In this document: positions 15,512 through 26,489 of the stretch, piece by piece
Position numbering within the stretch: the first letter of the stretch is position 1
Layout: each line of letters begins with the position of its first letter
Assembly: GCA_903877065.1 (NCBI GenBank)
Contig: CAIRCR010000481.1
Span: 1 to 35,932, forward strand
DNA: 35,932 nt
Reading direction: 5' to 3'
Source: an uncultured Pseudomonadota bacterium
Lineage (GTDB): Bacteria > Pseudomonadota > Gammaproteobacteria > Methylococcales > Methylomonadaceae
Notes under the pieces: generated by a model
Database searches by the model: none
Told to the model about the DNA's origin: nothing
Seen by the model: only the letters and a program-made list of their open reading frames with translations
Program-made: the position numbers and the translations under genes

Positions 15512-16852
15512 ATGCGTATTCATATTGTAGGTATTTGCGGTACGTTTATGGCGGGCTTGGCTGTTTTAGCAAAACAGTTGGGACACGAAGTCAGCGGCTC
15601 TGATGAAAATGTTTATCCACCGATGAGCGATCAATTACTCGCCCAAGGCGTGACATTGAAAGAGGGTTATTGCGCTGAAAATTTAAGTTCAAATCTCGAT
15701 TTAGTCATTATTGGCAATGCGTTATCGCGTGGAAATGCTGAGGTTGAAGCCGTTTTAAATCAAGGTTTGTACTACACCAGCGGCGCACAATGGTTGTCTG
15801 AGAATGTGTTGCAAAATAAATGGGTTTTGGCGGTTGCAGGCACGCACGGTAAAACAACAACGAGCAGTATGTTGGCGTGGATTTTAGAATCACAAGGCTT
15901 TAATCCTAATTTTTTGATTGGTGGCATTCCGTTGAATTTTGGCGTGTCTGCACGTTTGACCGATTCAAATTTTTTCGTCATTGAAGCTGACGAATACGAT
16001 TCTGCTTTTTTTGATAAACGTTCAAAGTTTGTGCATTACCGTCCTCGCACCGCAATTTTGAATAATTTGGAATACGATCACGCGGATATTTTTCCCGATT
16101 TGGCGGCAATTCAAAAACAGTTTCATCATTTCATTCGCACCGTTCCCAGCGAAGGTTTATTGATTGTTCCCGAAGGTGATTTAGCATTGGAAGAAACGCT
16201 AGCTCTCGGTTGCTGGACTCCTGCAACCTACACCAGTATTCAGGGGCAAGGCAGTTGGAATGCCGTTTTATTCTCACCAGATGGCAGTCATTTTGCCGTG
16301 TATTTTGGCGTTCATCATCAAGGTGAAGTGCATTGGAATTTAACGGGCGAACACAATGTGCGAAATGCTTTGGCAGCAATGGCAGCAGCACATCACGTTG
16401 GTATTTTGCCTGTTGATGCCATAGCCGCGCTGTCAAAGTTTCAAAATGTGAAACGTCGAATGGAAGTTTTAGCGGCAAAAAAGGACGTGACCATTTACGA
16501 TGATTTTGCCCATCATCCAACCGCAATTGCCACGACGTTAGATGGTTTACGTCAACACGTTGGCAATGAAAGAATTATCGCAATTATCGAACCACGTTCA
16601 AATACGATGCGCTTGGGTGTTCATCAACACACATTAGCAGCTTCACTACGCGCCGCTGATGTGGCGATTATTTATCAACCCGAATCACACAGCGCGTTGA
16701 CGCTTGCAAGCAACACGGTCGTTTATCAAAATTTAACAGATATTGTGACGCGATTTCGTAGCGAAATTCAGCACGGTGGACATTTTGTCTTGATGAGCAA
16801 CGGCAGTTTTGGTGGGTTGCATCAATTGTTGATGAAAGAATTAGACGATTAA
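15512..16852 (+). CDS. mpl: UDP-N-acetylmuramate:L-alanyl-gamma-D-glutamyl-meso-diaminopimelate ligase (murein peptide ligase)
   Basis: 446 aa. MRIHIVGICGTFMAGLA N-domain, P-loop VAGTHGKTTTSSM, EADEYDSAFFDKRSKF and NLEYDHADIF are all typical of Mpl. Confidence 0.9.
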   Translation: MRIHIVGICGTFMAGLAVLAKQLGHEVSGSDENVYPPMSDQLLAQGVTLKEGYCAENLSSNLDLVIIGNALSRGNAEVEAVLNQGLYYTSGAQWLSENVLQNKWVLAVAGTHGKTTTSSMLAWILESQGFNPNFLIGGIPLNFGVSARLTDSNFFVIEADEYDSAFFDKRSKFVHYRPRTAILNNLEYDHADIFPDLAAIQKQFHHFIRTVPSEGLLIVPEGDLALEETLALGCWTPATYTSIQGQGSWNAVLFSPDGSHFAVYFGVHHQGEVHWNLTGEHNVRNALAAMAAAHHVGILPVDAIAALSKFQNVKRRMEVLAAKKDVTIYDDFAHHPTAIATTLDGLRQHVGNERIIAIIEPRSNTMRLGVHQHTLAASLRAADVAIIYQPESHSALTLASNTVVYQNLTDIVTRFRSEIQHGGHFVLMSNGSFGGLHQLLMKELDD

Positions 16853-16866
16853 CAACAGGGGGGGAA

Positions 16867-17268
16867 ATGGCACAAATTTTAATTATTGATGATGACGAAC
16901 AAATTCGAGATTTAATTGTGCTTGTGCTTTCAATGAACAAACACAAGGTAGTTACCGCCAGTGATGGTGCGGAAGCGTTAAAATTGTTCAGTCATTCGCG
17001 TGTTAAATTTGATTTAGTTATCACAGATATTTTGATGCCAAACAAAGATGGCATTGAAACCATCATTGAGTTGACCTCAGTTCAGAAAAATCACTCGCAC
17101 GTTCCAATTATTGCCATGTCAGGTGGGCGAGGAACACGCTTAACGAGCGGTTTTAATTTAGGCACAGCTCAAGCAATTGCAAAAGTTCATGCTCTAAAGA
17201 AACCATTTTCTCATCAAGAGTTATTGGAAATTGTGAACGTTGCACTCAATCCAGAAACGAAAAATTAA
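16867..17268 (+). CDS. Single-domain response regulator (CheY-like receiver only)
   Basis: IIDDDEQ acidic pocket, phospho-acceptor in DLVITDILMP, conserved Lys in LKKPF. 133 aa with no output domain. Starts 14 nt after mpl. Confidence 0.85.
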   Translation: MAQILIIDDDEQIRDLIVLVLSMNKHKVVTASDGAEALKLFSHSRVKFDLVITDILMPNKDGIETIIELTSVQKNHSHVPIIAMSGGRGTRLTSGFNLGTAQAIAKVHALKKPFSHQELLEIVNVALNPETKN

Positions 17269-17350
17269 CAACGTTTGATACAACCTAGATAACCACCTGA
17301 TTAGGCGTACTCGCTCTCAGCTGACGTTCAGGGCAATTTTTAAGGAAAAT

Positions 17351-18226
17351 ATGACTACAGATGATCACTGCATAAACGGTAATTCTTCGTTTGGACGCGA
17401 GTTTAAGCACCTGAAAAACACAATCAACATTTTGCCATTTTTAGAAGAAGATCTAGGTGATGGTGACATTACAGCATCAATTATTTCGGAAAATCGTCAA
17501 GCAACAGCGGAATTAGTTGCTCGTGAACCGATGGTTTTATGTGGCGCGGAATGGTTTGATGCCGTTTTTAAACATTTGGACGCAAATGTTGTTATCCATT
17601 GGCACGCTCAAGAAGGTGAAAACGTCCCAAAAAATACCAAACTTTGCACATTGTCGGGATTAGCGCGAGGATTATTAACCGCTGAACGCACGGCTTTAAA
17701 TTTGTTGCAAACCTTATCAGCAACGGCAACCGTTGCGCGTCAATATGCCAATGCCATTCAAGACACAAACTGCAAAGTCTTAGACAGCCGAAAAACAATT
17801 CCAGGTTTACGTTTAGCTCAAAAATATGCCGTAACGTGTGGCGGTTGTTTTAATCATCGCATCGGTTTATTTGATGGTGTTTTAATTAAAGAAAATCACA
17901 TCATGGCGGCGGGTTCAATCGCTGATGCCATAAGGATAGCGCGTCAACAAAGTGATGCTCCCATTGAAGTTGAAGTTGAAGATTTAGATGAACTTAAACA
18001 AGCTCTGAGCGCAAAACCAGACCGAATTATGCTTGATAATTTTACGATTGACGATTTACGCACAGCGGTGCAATTAACCGCTGGAAAAATAGAATTAGAA
18101 GCGTCTGGAAATATAGATTTAACAACCATTCGAGAAGTGGCAGAAACGGGCGTAAATTTTGTTTCAGTTGGCGCGTTGACCAAAAATGTTCAAGCCATTG
18201 ATTTATCGTTGCGTATTCAGTTGTAG
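17351..18226 (+). CDS. nadC: Nicotinate-nucleotide pyrophosphorylase (quinolinate phosphoribosyltransferase)
   Basis: EEDLGDGDITA, AERTALNLLQTLS, DSRKTIPGLR..KYAV.CGG..NHR.GL.D..LIKENH and MLDNF are NadC hallmarks. Confidence 0.9.
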   Translation: MTTDDHCINGNSSFGREFKHLKNTINILPFLEEDLGDGDITASIISENRQATAELVAREPMVLCGAEWFDAVFKHLDANVVIHWHAQEGENVPKNTKLCTLSGLARGLLTAERTALNLLQTLSATATVARQYANAIQDTNCKVLDSRKTIPGLRLAQKYAVTCGGCFNHRIGLFDGVLIKENHIMAAGSIADAIRIARQQSDAPIEVEVEDLDELKQALSAKPDRIMLDNFTIDDLRTAVQLTAGKIELEASGNIDLTTIREVAETGVNFVSVGALTKNVQAIDLSLRIQL

Positions 18227-18238
18227 GGGAAATTTTTT

Positions 18239-18775
18239 ATGAAAACAAGAGAGCGAAGACACGGCTTAACGATCGTCAACACAGGCGAAGGCAAAGGCAA
18301 ATCGTCAAGCGCATTCGGCATGGTCTTTCGTGCCGCAGGTTGGGAAATGAATGTTTGCGTGATTCAATTCATCAAAGGTCAATGGCAAACAGGTGAACAA
18401 AAAGCCGCGCAACGTTTTGAAAATATCGAATGGCACGCGCTCGGTGACGGTTTTACTTGGGATACAAAAAATCCTGAGCAAGACATTAAAACCAGTCGTG
18501 AAATTTGGGAATTTGCGAAACAGCAAATTTTGTCTGAAAAGTTTGATGTTGTGTTACTTGATGAAATTAACTACTGTTGCGGCTACGGTTGGATTGCAGG
18601 GCAAGAAGTCGCTGATTTTATTACCCAAGAAAAACCATCTTGGTTGCATTTGATTTTGACGGGACGAAATGCGTCGCCTGAAGTGATTGCAATCGCTGAC
18701 ACCGTAACCGAAATGACCAAAGTCAAACACGTTTTTGATCAAGGCGTGAAAGCAGAGCAGGGCATTGATTTTTAA
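18239..18775 (+). CDS. cobO: Cob(I)yrinic acid a,c-diamide / cob(I)alamin adenosyltransferase (CobO/BtuR type)
   Basis: GLTIVNTGEGKGKSSSAFG P-loop-like motif, VIQFIKG, LLDEINY, LILTGRNA. Confidence 0.85.
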   Translation: MKTRERRHGLTIVNTGEGKGKSSSAFGMVFRAAGWEMNVCVIQFIKGQWQTGEQKAAQRFENIEWHALGDGFTWDTKNPEQDIKTSREIWEFAKQQILSEKFDVVLLDEINYCCGYGWIAGQEVADFITQEKPSWLHLILTGRNASPEVIAIADTVTEMTKVKHVFDQGVKAEQGIDF

Positions 18776-18799
18776 AATAACGATAACGAGGAATTACTT

Positions 18800-19180
18800 A
18801 TGAGCGAAGAAACACCTGTCAACAACACTGGAAAAATTGTTATCGCCGTCGTCGGCGTATTTGTTTTGGGTTTTGCGATGGTCGGTGCAAACAAACAAAA
18901 ATCGGTTGCTGAAATGGAATCCGAAGCGATGATTCGCAATTACGCAAACATTCAAGGCATGGCAAATCAAAAATGCCCAAAAGCCGTCGAAGAAGCAACA
19001 GGCGAGCAAGTATTTTTTCCCAGCAAAACGGAAAGCGATAAAGACAGCTACATCACCTTATTTTGGGAAGGTGAAAATACAGCAAACGGTGGATTTAAAA
19101 ATGCCAGCTGTACTTTAAAAGCGAAATTGGGCGGTATTTCTGATTTGATTATTGACGGCAAAGCAATTATTAAAAAATAA
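18800..19180 (+). CDS. Hypothetical membrane-anchored small protein
   Basis: GAGGA SD. N-terminal TM helix IVIAVVGVFVLGFAMVGA, then a ~90-aa soluble part with two Cys. I recognise no family. Confidence 0.5.
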   Translation: MSEETPVNNTGKIVIAVVGVFVLGFAMVGANKQKSVAEMESEAMIRNYANIQGMANQKCPKAVEEATGEQVFFPSKTESDKDSYITLFWEGENTANGGFKNASCTLKAKLGGISDLIIDGKAIIKK

Positions 19181-19190
19181 AGGTTATTTA

Positions 19191-19850
19191 GTGTTCACAG
19201 GAATTATTTTAGCGGTGGGTAATATCACCGCGATTACACCCAATGGCGGTGATGTTCGTTTAACGATTCATACTGGAAAATTGCCACTTGTTGATGCCCA
19301 TTTAGGCGACAGCATTGCCGTCAATGGCGTGTGTTTAACCGCCGTTGAATTAGGTCACGATTATTTTGTTGCTGACGTATCGAATGAAACCTTATCGCTC
19401 ACCAGTTTAGCCCACGCGCAAATAGGCACACCCGTTAATTTAGAACTTGCACTCACGCCAACAACACGTTTGGGCGGTCATATTGTCAGCGGTCACGTCG
19501 ATGGCGTTGGCGTAATCATCGACAAAAAAAACGACGGACGTTCTATTCGTTTTACCGTGCAAGCACCCGATGAATTAGCAAAATATATCGCGCAAAAAGG
19601 TTCAATTTGCATTAACGGCATTAGCTTGACCGTCAACAGTGTAGACGGTGCAAATTTTGGCATAAACATCGTGCCGCACACATTGAAAGAAACGACGTTA
19701 AATAACGCAACAATCGGCACAAAAGTGAATTTGGAAGTTGATATTTTAGCGCGGTACATGGAACGATTGATGAAAGGCGAAGCCGCCGCAAAATCATGTT
19801 CTGCCGTGACAATGGAACTATTACAAAACAGTGGATTTTTAGCGCAATGA
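19191..19850 (+). CDS. ribE: Riboflavin synthase (alpha chain)
   Basis: GTG at 19191 gives (M)FTGIILAVGNI, the canonical riboflavin synthase N-terminus. The track's TTG 19152 start overlaps the upstream gene. Internal duplication (GDSIAVNGVCLT / GSICINGISLT). Confidence 0.88.
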   Translation: MFTGIILAVGNITAITPNGGDVRLTIHTGKLPLVDAHLGDSIAVNGVCLTAVELGHDYFVADVSNETLSLTSLAHAQIGTPVNLELALTPTTRLGGHIVSGHVDGVGVIIDKKNDGRSIRFTVQAPDELAKYIAQKGSICINGISLTVNSVDGANFGINIVPHTLKETTLNNATIGTKVNLEVDILARYMERLMKGEAAAKSCSAVTMELLQNSGFLAQ

Positions 19851-20956
19851 ACAGCACCGAAGAAATTATTGAAGACCTCAAACAAGGCAAAATGGTCATT
19901 ATCATGGACGACGAAGACCGTGAAAATGAAGGCGATTTGCTGATGGCAGCAGAATTTGCTCGCCCCGAAGACATTAACTTTATGGCACGTTACGGACGCG
20001 GTTTGATTTGTCTGACCTTGACGCAAGAACGCTGTCAGCAGTTGCGGTTGCCGTTAATGGTGCGTGATAACAAAACGCCGCATTACACGAATTTCACCGT
20101 TTCAATTGAAGCCGCAACAGGTGTCACAACGGGAATTTCAGCCGCTGACAGAGCGCGAACCATTCAAGCCGCCGTCGCTAAAAACGCAACCGCTGAAGAC
20201 TTGGTTCAACCTGGTCATATTTTTCCGTTAATGGCGCAAGCGGGCGGTGTTTTAAATCGTGCTGGACACACCGAAGCGGGTTGTGATTTTGCACAGTTAG
20301 CAGGCGTTGAACCTGCCGCTGTCATTGTCGAAATTTTAAACGACGACGGTTCAATGGCGCGTCGCGCTGATTTAGAAGTTTTTGCCGCTGAACATAAACT
20401 TAAAATTGGCACAATTGCCGATTTAATTCATTACCGCATTCAACACGAAAATACGCTTGAACGGGTTAGCGAATGTGCTTATCCAACCGAATTTGGTGAT
20501 TTTCGCTTGTACGCTTATCAAGACCGCAACGACAACAATCTGCATATTGCGTTAGTGATGGGGAAAGTTTGCGGTGACGAGCCTGTTTTGGTTCGTGTTC
20601 ATGCGCGAAATGTTTTGGACGATGTTTTTTCGTCAAAACGCAATGAAGCGAGTTTGTCCATTCGCTCGGCAATGGAAAAAATCGCGCAAGCGGGTTGTGG
20701 TGTTTTGGTTTTAATTCGCCAAAGCGAAACAAATCAAGCGTTAGCGGAATTGATTCATCGTTATCAACTCGCAGACAATGGTCATCAAGTTGCACCCAAT
20801 AATGAAGCCGATTGGCGTACAACAGGAACGGGCGCACGAATTTTATCTGATTTGGGTGTTAAAAAATTGAAAGTGTTAGGCACGCAAAAAAAATACATTG
20901 CATTGTCGGGTTTTGATTTAGAAGTTGCCGAACACGTTGCTCACGGTTTTGTTTGA
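19847..20956 (+). CDS. ribBA: 3,4-dihydroxy-2-butanone-4-phosphate synthase fused to a degenerate GTP cyclohydrolase II-like domain (RibBX type)
   Basis: ATG 19847 overlaps the ribE stop (ATGA). N-domain MVIIMDDEDRENEGDL...GHTEA = RibB. The C-domain aligns to RibA but reads VHARNVLDDVFSSKRNEAS where RibA has HSECLTGD.....RCDCG. Confidence 0.85.
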   Translation: MNSTEEIIEDLKQGKMVIIMDDEDRENEGDLLMAAEFARPEDINFMARYGRGLICLTLTQERCQQLRLPLMVRDNKTPHYTNFTVSIEAATGVTTGISAADRARTIQAAVAKNATAEDLVQPGHIFPLMAQAGGVLNRAGHTEAGCDFAQLAGVEPAAVIVEILNDDGSMARRADLEVFAAEHKLKIGTIADLIHYRIQHENTLERVSECAYPTEFGDFRLYAYQDRNDNNLHIALVMGKVCGDEPVLVRVHARNVLDDVFSSKRNEASLSIRSAMEKIAQAGCGVLVLIRQSETNQALAELIHRYQLADNGHQVAPNNEADWRTTGTGARILSDLGVKKLKVLGTQKKYIALSGFDLEVAEHVAHGFV

Positions 20957-21000
20957 ATCTCGACTTGCGGAAAATCCACTTAATTTGTCAATCTAAAATC

Positions 21001-22503
21001 ATGTTTACCAAAAAACTTATTTCTCCACGATATTTATTTTTAGTGTTTATCGGCTCTGTTTTTTTCGTTGAAGCACTCATCATGTTGGTTTTGAACAGCT
21101 TGCCACCGATGTCTGAGTTAAACGAAGCGTTAATTGACGCTTCGGCACTTGCAATTTTGACCTTTCCATTGCTTTATTTTTTTATATTTTTACCGCAGAA
21201 CAAATTAGCTAAAACGCTTATTGACATACGCTCTGAATTACTGAAAAAGAACGAAGAATTAGAAATTTCAAATCAACAATTAGCTCTTCAAAATTTTGAA
21301 ACGGCGCGACATGAGCAAGATCTTTTACGCTTTGCAGTGGGTTTAGATAATCTCACTACAGGCGTAATCATTGCAGACAACGACCGTAAACTAATTTATA
21401 TCAATCCTGTGGCAATAAAATTATTCAGCAATATCGAATCCGATATTCGTAAGGATTTACCAAAATTTAGCGTTATAGAAATGCTTGGAATGAATATCGA
21501 TAAGTATCATAAAAATCCAGCATATCAAGCAAAGTTACTCGAAAACTTGACTGAAACTGTCACGATCAATATCACGATGGGCGCAAGGATTGTGAGCATT
21601 ACAGCCAGCCCTATGATTGATGAATTTGGAATACGTCGCGGTTCGTTAGCGGAGTGGTTAGACATCACAGAACTGACTAATTCGCAAAGGGAAAACGAAG
21701 ATTTGAGTTTGCAACTTAATCACATTCAAAAAGTGGAAAGTATCGGACGTTTAACGGCGGGGCTTGCACATGACTTTAACAATATTTTGTCGTGTATGTT
21801 GGGTTATAACGAAATGAATCGTGACATCAGTGCGGGTATGAAAAATGAAGTGTTAAAGTCAGAGCTTGAAGATAATACAAAGCAGGTTGAACTTGCGGGC
21901 AGACGGGCGACGGCACTCATTGAAAAAATGATGGCGTATTGCCGTCAAGATACCGTCAAAACAAAAGTTGACGCGCAAGATACACAACGGGTTATTTCTG
22001 AAGTTATTGAGATGTTGCGTCCTGGGTTGACCAGTAAAATTCAGGTGGAATCCGAATTTGAATGTCACGATGTGATTCAAATTGATGCGGGTGATTTGCA
22101 TCAAATTTTGACAAATTTGGCGGTTAATGCACGAGACGCGATGAAAAAAAGCGGTGGCAACATCACAATATCGTTAAAAAAAGCAGTGAAAGTGCAAGCT
22201 CATTGTGTGGCGTGTGCGACGAAAATTGAAGGTGATTTTATTGAATTAAGCGTTGCTGATAATGGTACGGGGATAAATCCAAACATTGTTAATCGTTTAT
22301 TTGATCCTTTTTTTACTACCAAAGAACAAGGCGAAGGAACGGGTTTAGGATTGTCGGCGGTGAGTGGTTTAGTTCATAACGCGAACGGGCATATTTTGAT
22401 TTATTCAAACTGCAACAAGCCCTATCAAGGGACGACCTTTAGACTGCTGTTTCAAAATTTAACAAACCATTTCACAAATCAAGCTAACGATTTGTCAATC
22501 TAA
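21001..22503 (+). CDS. Membrane sensor histidine kinase (2 TM, coiled coil, PAS, HisKA, HATPase_c); start uncertain (ATG 21001 vs TTG 20953)
   Basis: H-box GRLTAGLAHDFNNIL, N-box LTNLAVNARDAM, G1 VADNGTGI, G2 GEGTGLGLSAV. PAS-like LTTGVIIADNDRKLIYINP...IDKYHKNPAYQ. Confidence 0.85.
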   Translation: MFTKKLISPRYLFLVFIGSVFFVEALIMLVLNSLPPMSELNEALIDASALAILTFPLLYFFIFLPQNKLAKTLIDIRSELLKKNEELEISNQQLALQNFETARHEQDLLRFAVGLDNLTTGVIIADNDRKLIYINPVAIKLFSNIESDIRKDLPKFSVIEMLGMNIDKYHKNPAYQAKLLENLTETVTINITMGARIVSITASPMIDEFGIRRGSLAEWLDITELTNSQRENEDLSLQLNHIQKVESIGRLTAGLAHDFNNILSCMLGYNEMNRDISAGMKNEVLKSELEDNTKQVELAGRRATALIEKMMAYCRQDTVKTKVDAQDTQRVISEVIEMLRPGLTSKIQVESEFECHDVIQIDAGDLHQILTNLAVNARDAMKKSGGNITISLKKAVKVQAHCVACATKIEGDFIELSVADNGTGINPNIVNRLFDPFFTTKEQGEGTGLGLSAVSGLVHNANGHILIYSNCNKPYQGTTFRLLFQNLTNHFTNQANDLSI

Positions 22504-22506
22504 ACA

Positions 22507-22535
22507 TTGACGCAACTACGTTATAAAAATATAAT
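22507..22535 (+). promoter_or_regulatory. Sigma70-type promoter of rplU-rpmA with a GC-rich discriminator
   Basis: TTGACG (22507-22512), 17-nt spacer, perfect TATAAT (22530-22535), followed by CGCCCG (a stringent-control-type discriminator). Confidence 0.6.
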
Positions 22536-22583
22536 CGCCCGTTTTATATTTAAAGATTAAATGCTTAACTTGGAGTTGACGCG

Positions 22584-22895
22584 ATGTATGCGGTAATTGA
22601 AACAGGCGGTAAACAATACCGCGTAGAAAATGGTACTTACCTAAAAGTAGAAAAATTAGAACTCGGCGAAGGCGATAGCATCGAATTTGACAAAGTTTTA
22701 ATGATTGAAGATAACGGTGATGTGAAAGTGGGTTTACCTTTCATTGTCGGCGGCAAAGTGACTGCAACCGTGTTATCTCAAGGTAGACACAAAAAAATTA
22801 AAATCGTTAAATTCAGAAGACGTAAACATCACATGAAATCGATGGGACACCGTCAATACTATACCGAAATCCAGATTACTGGCATTTCTGCTTAA
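22584..22895 (+). CDS. rplU: 50S ribosomal protein L21
   Basis: [14 protein letters not shown]...[13 protein letters not shown]; 103 aa; GGAG SD. Confidence 0.97.
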   Translation: MYAVIETGGKQYRVENGTYLKVEKLELGEGDSIEFDKVLMIEDNGDVKVGLPFIVGGKVTATVLSQGRHKKIKIVKFRRRKHHMKSMGHRQYYTEIQITGISA

Positions 22896-22911
22896 AAAAT
22901 AGGAGTTAAAA

Positions 22912-23169
22912 ATGGCTCATAAGAAGGCTGGCGGCAGTACCCGCAACGGACGTGATTCCAATGCAAAACGCTTAGGCGTAAAACGTTACGGCAGTGAAAC
23001 AGTAACGTCTGGTAGCATTATCGTTCGTCAACGCGGCACCCATTTTCACGCTGGCATAAATGTTGGCATGGGTAAAGATCACACGTTATTTGCAAAAGCA
23101 GATGGTGTAGTCGTTTTTAAAGTACAAGGTCCACTTAACCGCAAATTTGTTAGTATCGTTGCGGCATAA
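22912..23169 (+). CDS. rpmA: 50S ribosomal protein L27
   Basis: [24 protein letters not shown]...[23 protein letters not shown]; 85 aa. Confidence 0.97.
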   Translation: MAHKKAGGSTRNGRDSNAKRLGVKRYGSETVTSGSIIVRQRGTHFHAGINVGMGKDHTLFAKADGVVVFKVQGPLNRKFVSIVAA

Positions 23170-23208
23170 ATAGTTTGCTTGCTAAGGCAAGCGACACAGC
23201 GACTCAAG

Positions 23209-23240
23209 AAGCTCCGCCTTGAATTGGTTGGGGCTTTTTT
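23209..23240 (+). terminator. Probable intrinsic terminator/attenuator after rpmA
   Basis: AAGCTCC (23209-23215) pairs with GGGGCTT (23230-23236, one G-U), 14-nt loop, then TTTT. A second small hairpin lies at 23275-23294 region upstream (gcttgc/gcaagc at 23177-23192). Confidence 0.45.
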
Positions 23241-23266
23241 CGTTTATATCAGTTTGATTTGAGTAA

Positions 23267-25415
<2,149 letters not shown>

Positions 25416-25445
25416 ACCCGTTATGTTTACGAATCAAGCCATTGC

Positions 25446-25475
25446 TTGACAATTTAAGACAACTGGTCGTATTAT
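25446..25475 (+). promoter_or_regulatory. Candidate sigma70 promoter placing the transcription start on the A of the TetR ATG (leaderless mRNA)
   Basis: TTGACA (25446-25451), 18-nt spacer, TATTAT (25470-25475). The ATG at 25482 is 7 nt after the -10. No SD in between (tggtac). Confidence 0.4.
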
Positions 25476-25481
25476 TGGTAC

Positions 25482-26078
25482 ATGGAAAAGATAAAACAAA
25501 AAGATATCAATCGGGAAAATTTACTTAATCAAGGCGTTTCTTTGTTGATACAGCAGGGTTATCACGGAACAGGGTTAAAAGAAATTCTCGACGCAGTACA
25601 GATTCCGAAAGGCTCTTTTTACAATTATTTTGGAAGCAAAGAGAATTTTGCTGCGGAGGTGATAAACCATTACATTTCGCCTTATATCGCTCAATTACAC
25701 GGCTATTTAGCGCAATCAGAAGGCGATTCCATTGCGGCGTTAAAACGCTATTTACACGAAGGAATTGATGAATTGGAACGCACTGAATTTAAAGGCGGGT
25801 GTTTGCTTGGAAATTTAACAGGCGAAGTGGGTGACACCAGTGACCTGTGCCGTGTCGCGTTGCAATCGGCGTTAAATTGTTACCGTGATGTTTGGGAATT
25901 GGGTTTAAATCGCGCTCAGTTTGAAGGCTCAATTCGCAAAGATAAAACAGCGCGTGAAATGGCAGATTTATGGGTAAATTCATGGCAAGGTGCATTGCTT
26001 CGCATGAAAATTGAACAATCAACAGCACCATTAAAACAATGTTATCAAGAATTATTGTGCGATTTTTTTAAAGCGTAA
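25482..26078 (+). CDS. TetR/AcrR-family transcriptional regulator
   Basis: N-terminal HTH GYHGTGLKEILDAVQIPKGSFYNYFGSKENF; 198 aa. Confidence 0.88.
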   Translation: MEKIKQKDINRENLLNQGVSLLIQQGYHGTGLKEILDAVQIPKGSFYNYFGSKENFAAEVINHYISPYIAQLHGYLAQSEGDSIAALKRYLHEGIDELERTEFKGGCLLGNLTGEVGDTSDLCRVALQSALNCYRDVWELGLNRAQFEGSIRKDKTAREMADLWVNSWQGALLRMKIEQSTAPLKQCYQELLCDFFKA

Positions 26079-26142
26079 TCGCCGATAGATTGCGTTTTAA
26101 CAAGATGTACTTTTTTTATTTTAAATTCAATGAGGAATTACC

Positions 26143-26415
26143 ATGCCAAAATATATCGTAGAACGTGACATTCCAAATGCGGGTGCTTTTAATGCTGAAC
26201 AATTACAAGGTATTGCACAAACATCGTGTGGCGTTTCGTGCAAAATGAATGCAAACGTTCATTGGTTAGAAAGTTTTGTTACGCCTGACAAAGTCTATTG
26301 CATTTTAATTGCAGACAATGAAGAAGCCTTGCGTGAACACGGCGAAAAAGGTGGTTTTCCAATTACTAAAATTGCTGAAATTAAAACCATCATCGATCCA
26401 AGCACCGCTGAATAA
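26143..26415 (+). CDS. DUF4242-family small protein (SCO4226-like, putative metal-binding)
   Basis: MPKYIVERDIPNAG....EQLQGIAQ.SC.V......V.W..S.VT.DK.YC...A.......EH...GGFP...I.E....IDP.TAE matches the DUF4242 pattern as I recall it. GAGGA SD. Confidence 0.7.
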   Translation: MPKYIVERDIPNAGAFNAEQLQGIAQTSCGVSCKMNANVHWLESFVTPDKVYCILIADNEEALREHGEKGGFPITKIAEIKTIIDPSTAE

Positions 26416-26420
26416 AGCCC

Positions 26421-26459
26421 AAAACAGTGTGTTTAAATTCATGTAAACACACTGTTTTT
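26421..26459 (+). terminator. Intrinsic terminator after the DUF4242 gene
   Basis: Perfect 15-bp stem AAAACAGTGTGTTTA (26421-26435) / TAAACACACTGTTTT (26444-26458), 8-nt loop, T-run at the 3' end. Confidence 0.85.
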
Positions 26460-26489
26460 CACAAATAACTTTTTACATGAGCCACGACA

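Noticed and set aside
16858-16864. G7 tract just upstream of the response-regulator ATG as a phase-variable element
   Set aside because: It lies in the SD region, not in coding sequence, and most simply is the ribosome-binding site. A run of 7 is short for efficient slippage.
19493-20026. 177-aa and 113-aa minus-strand ORFs opposite ribE/ribBA
   Set aside because: The sense strand encodes unmistakable riboflavin synthase and DHBP synthase motifs. The antisense ORFs show no recognisable features.
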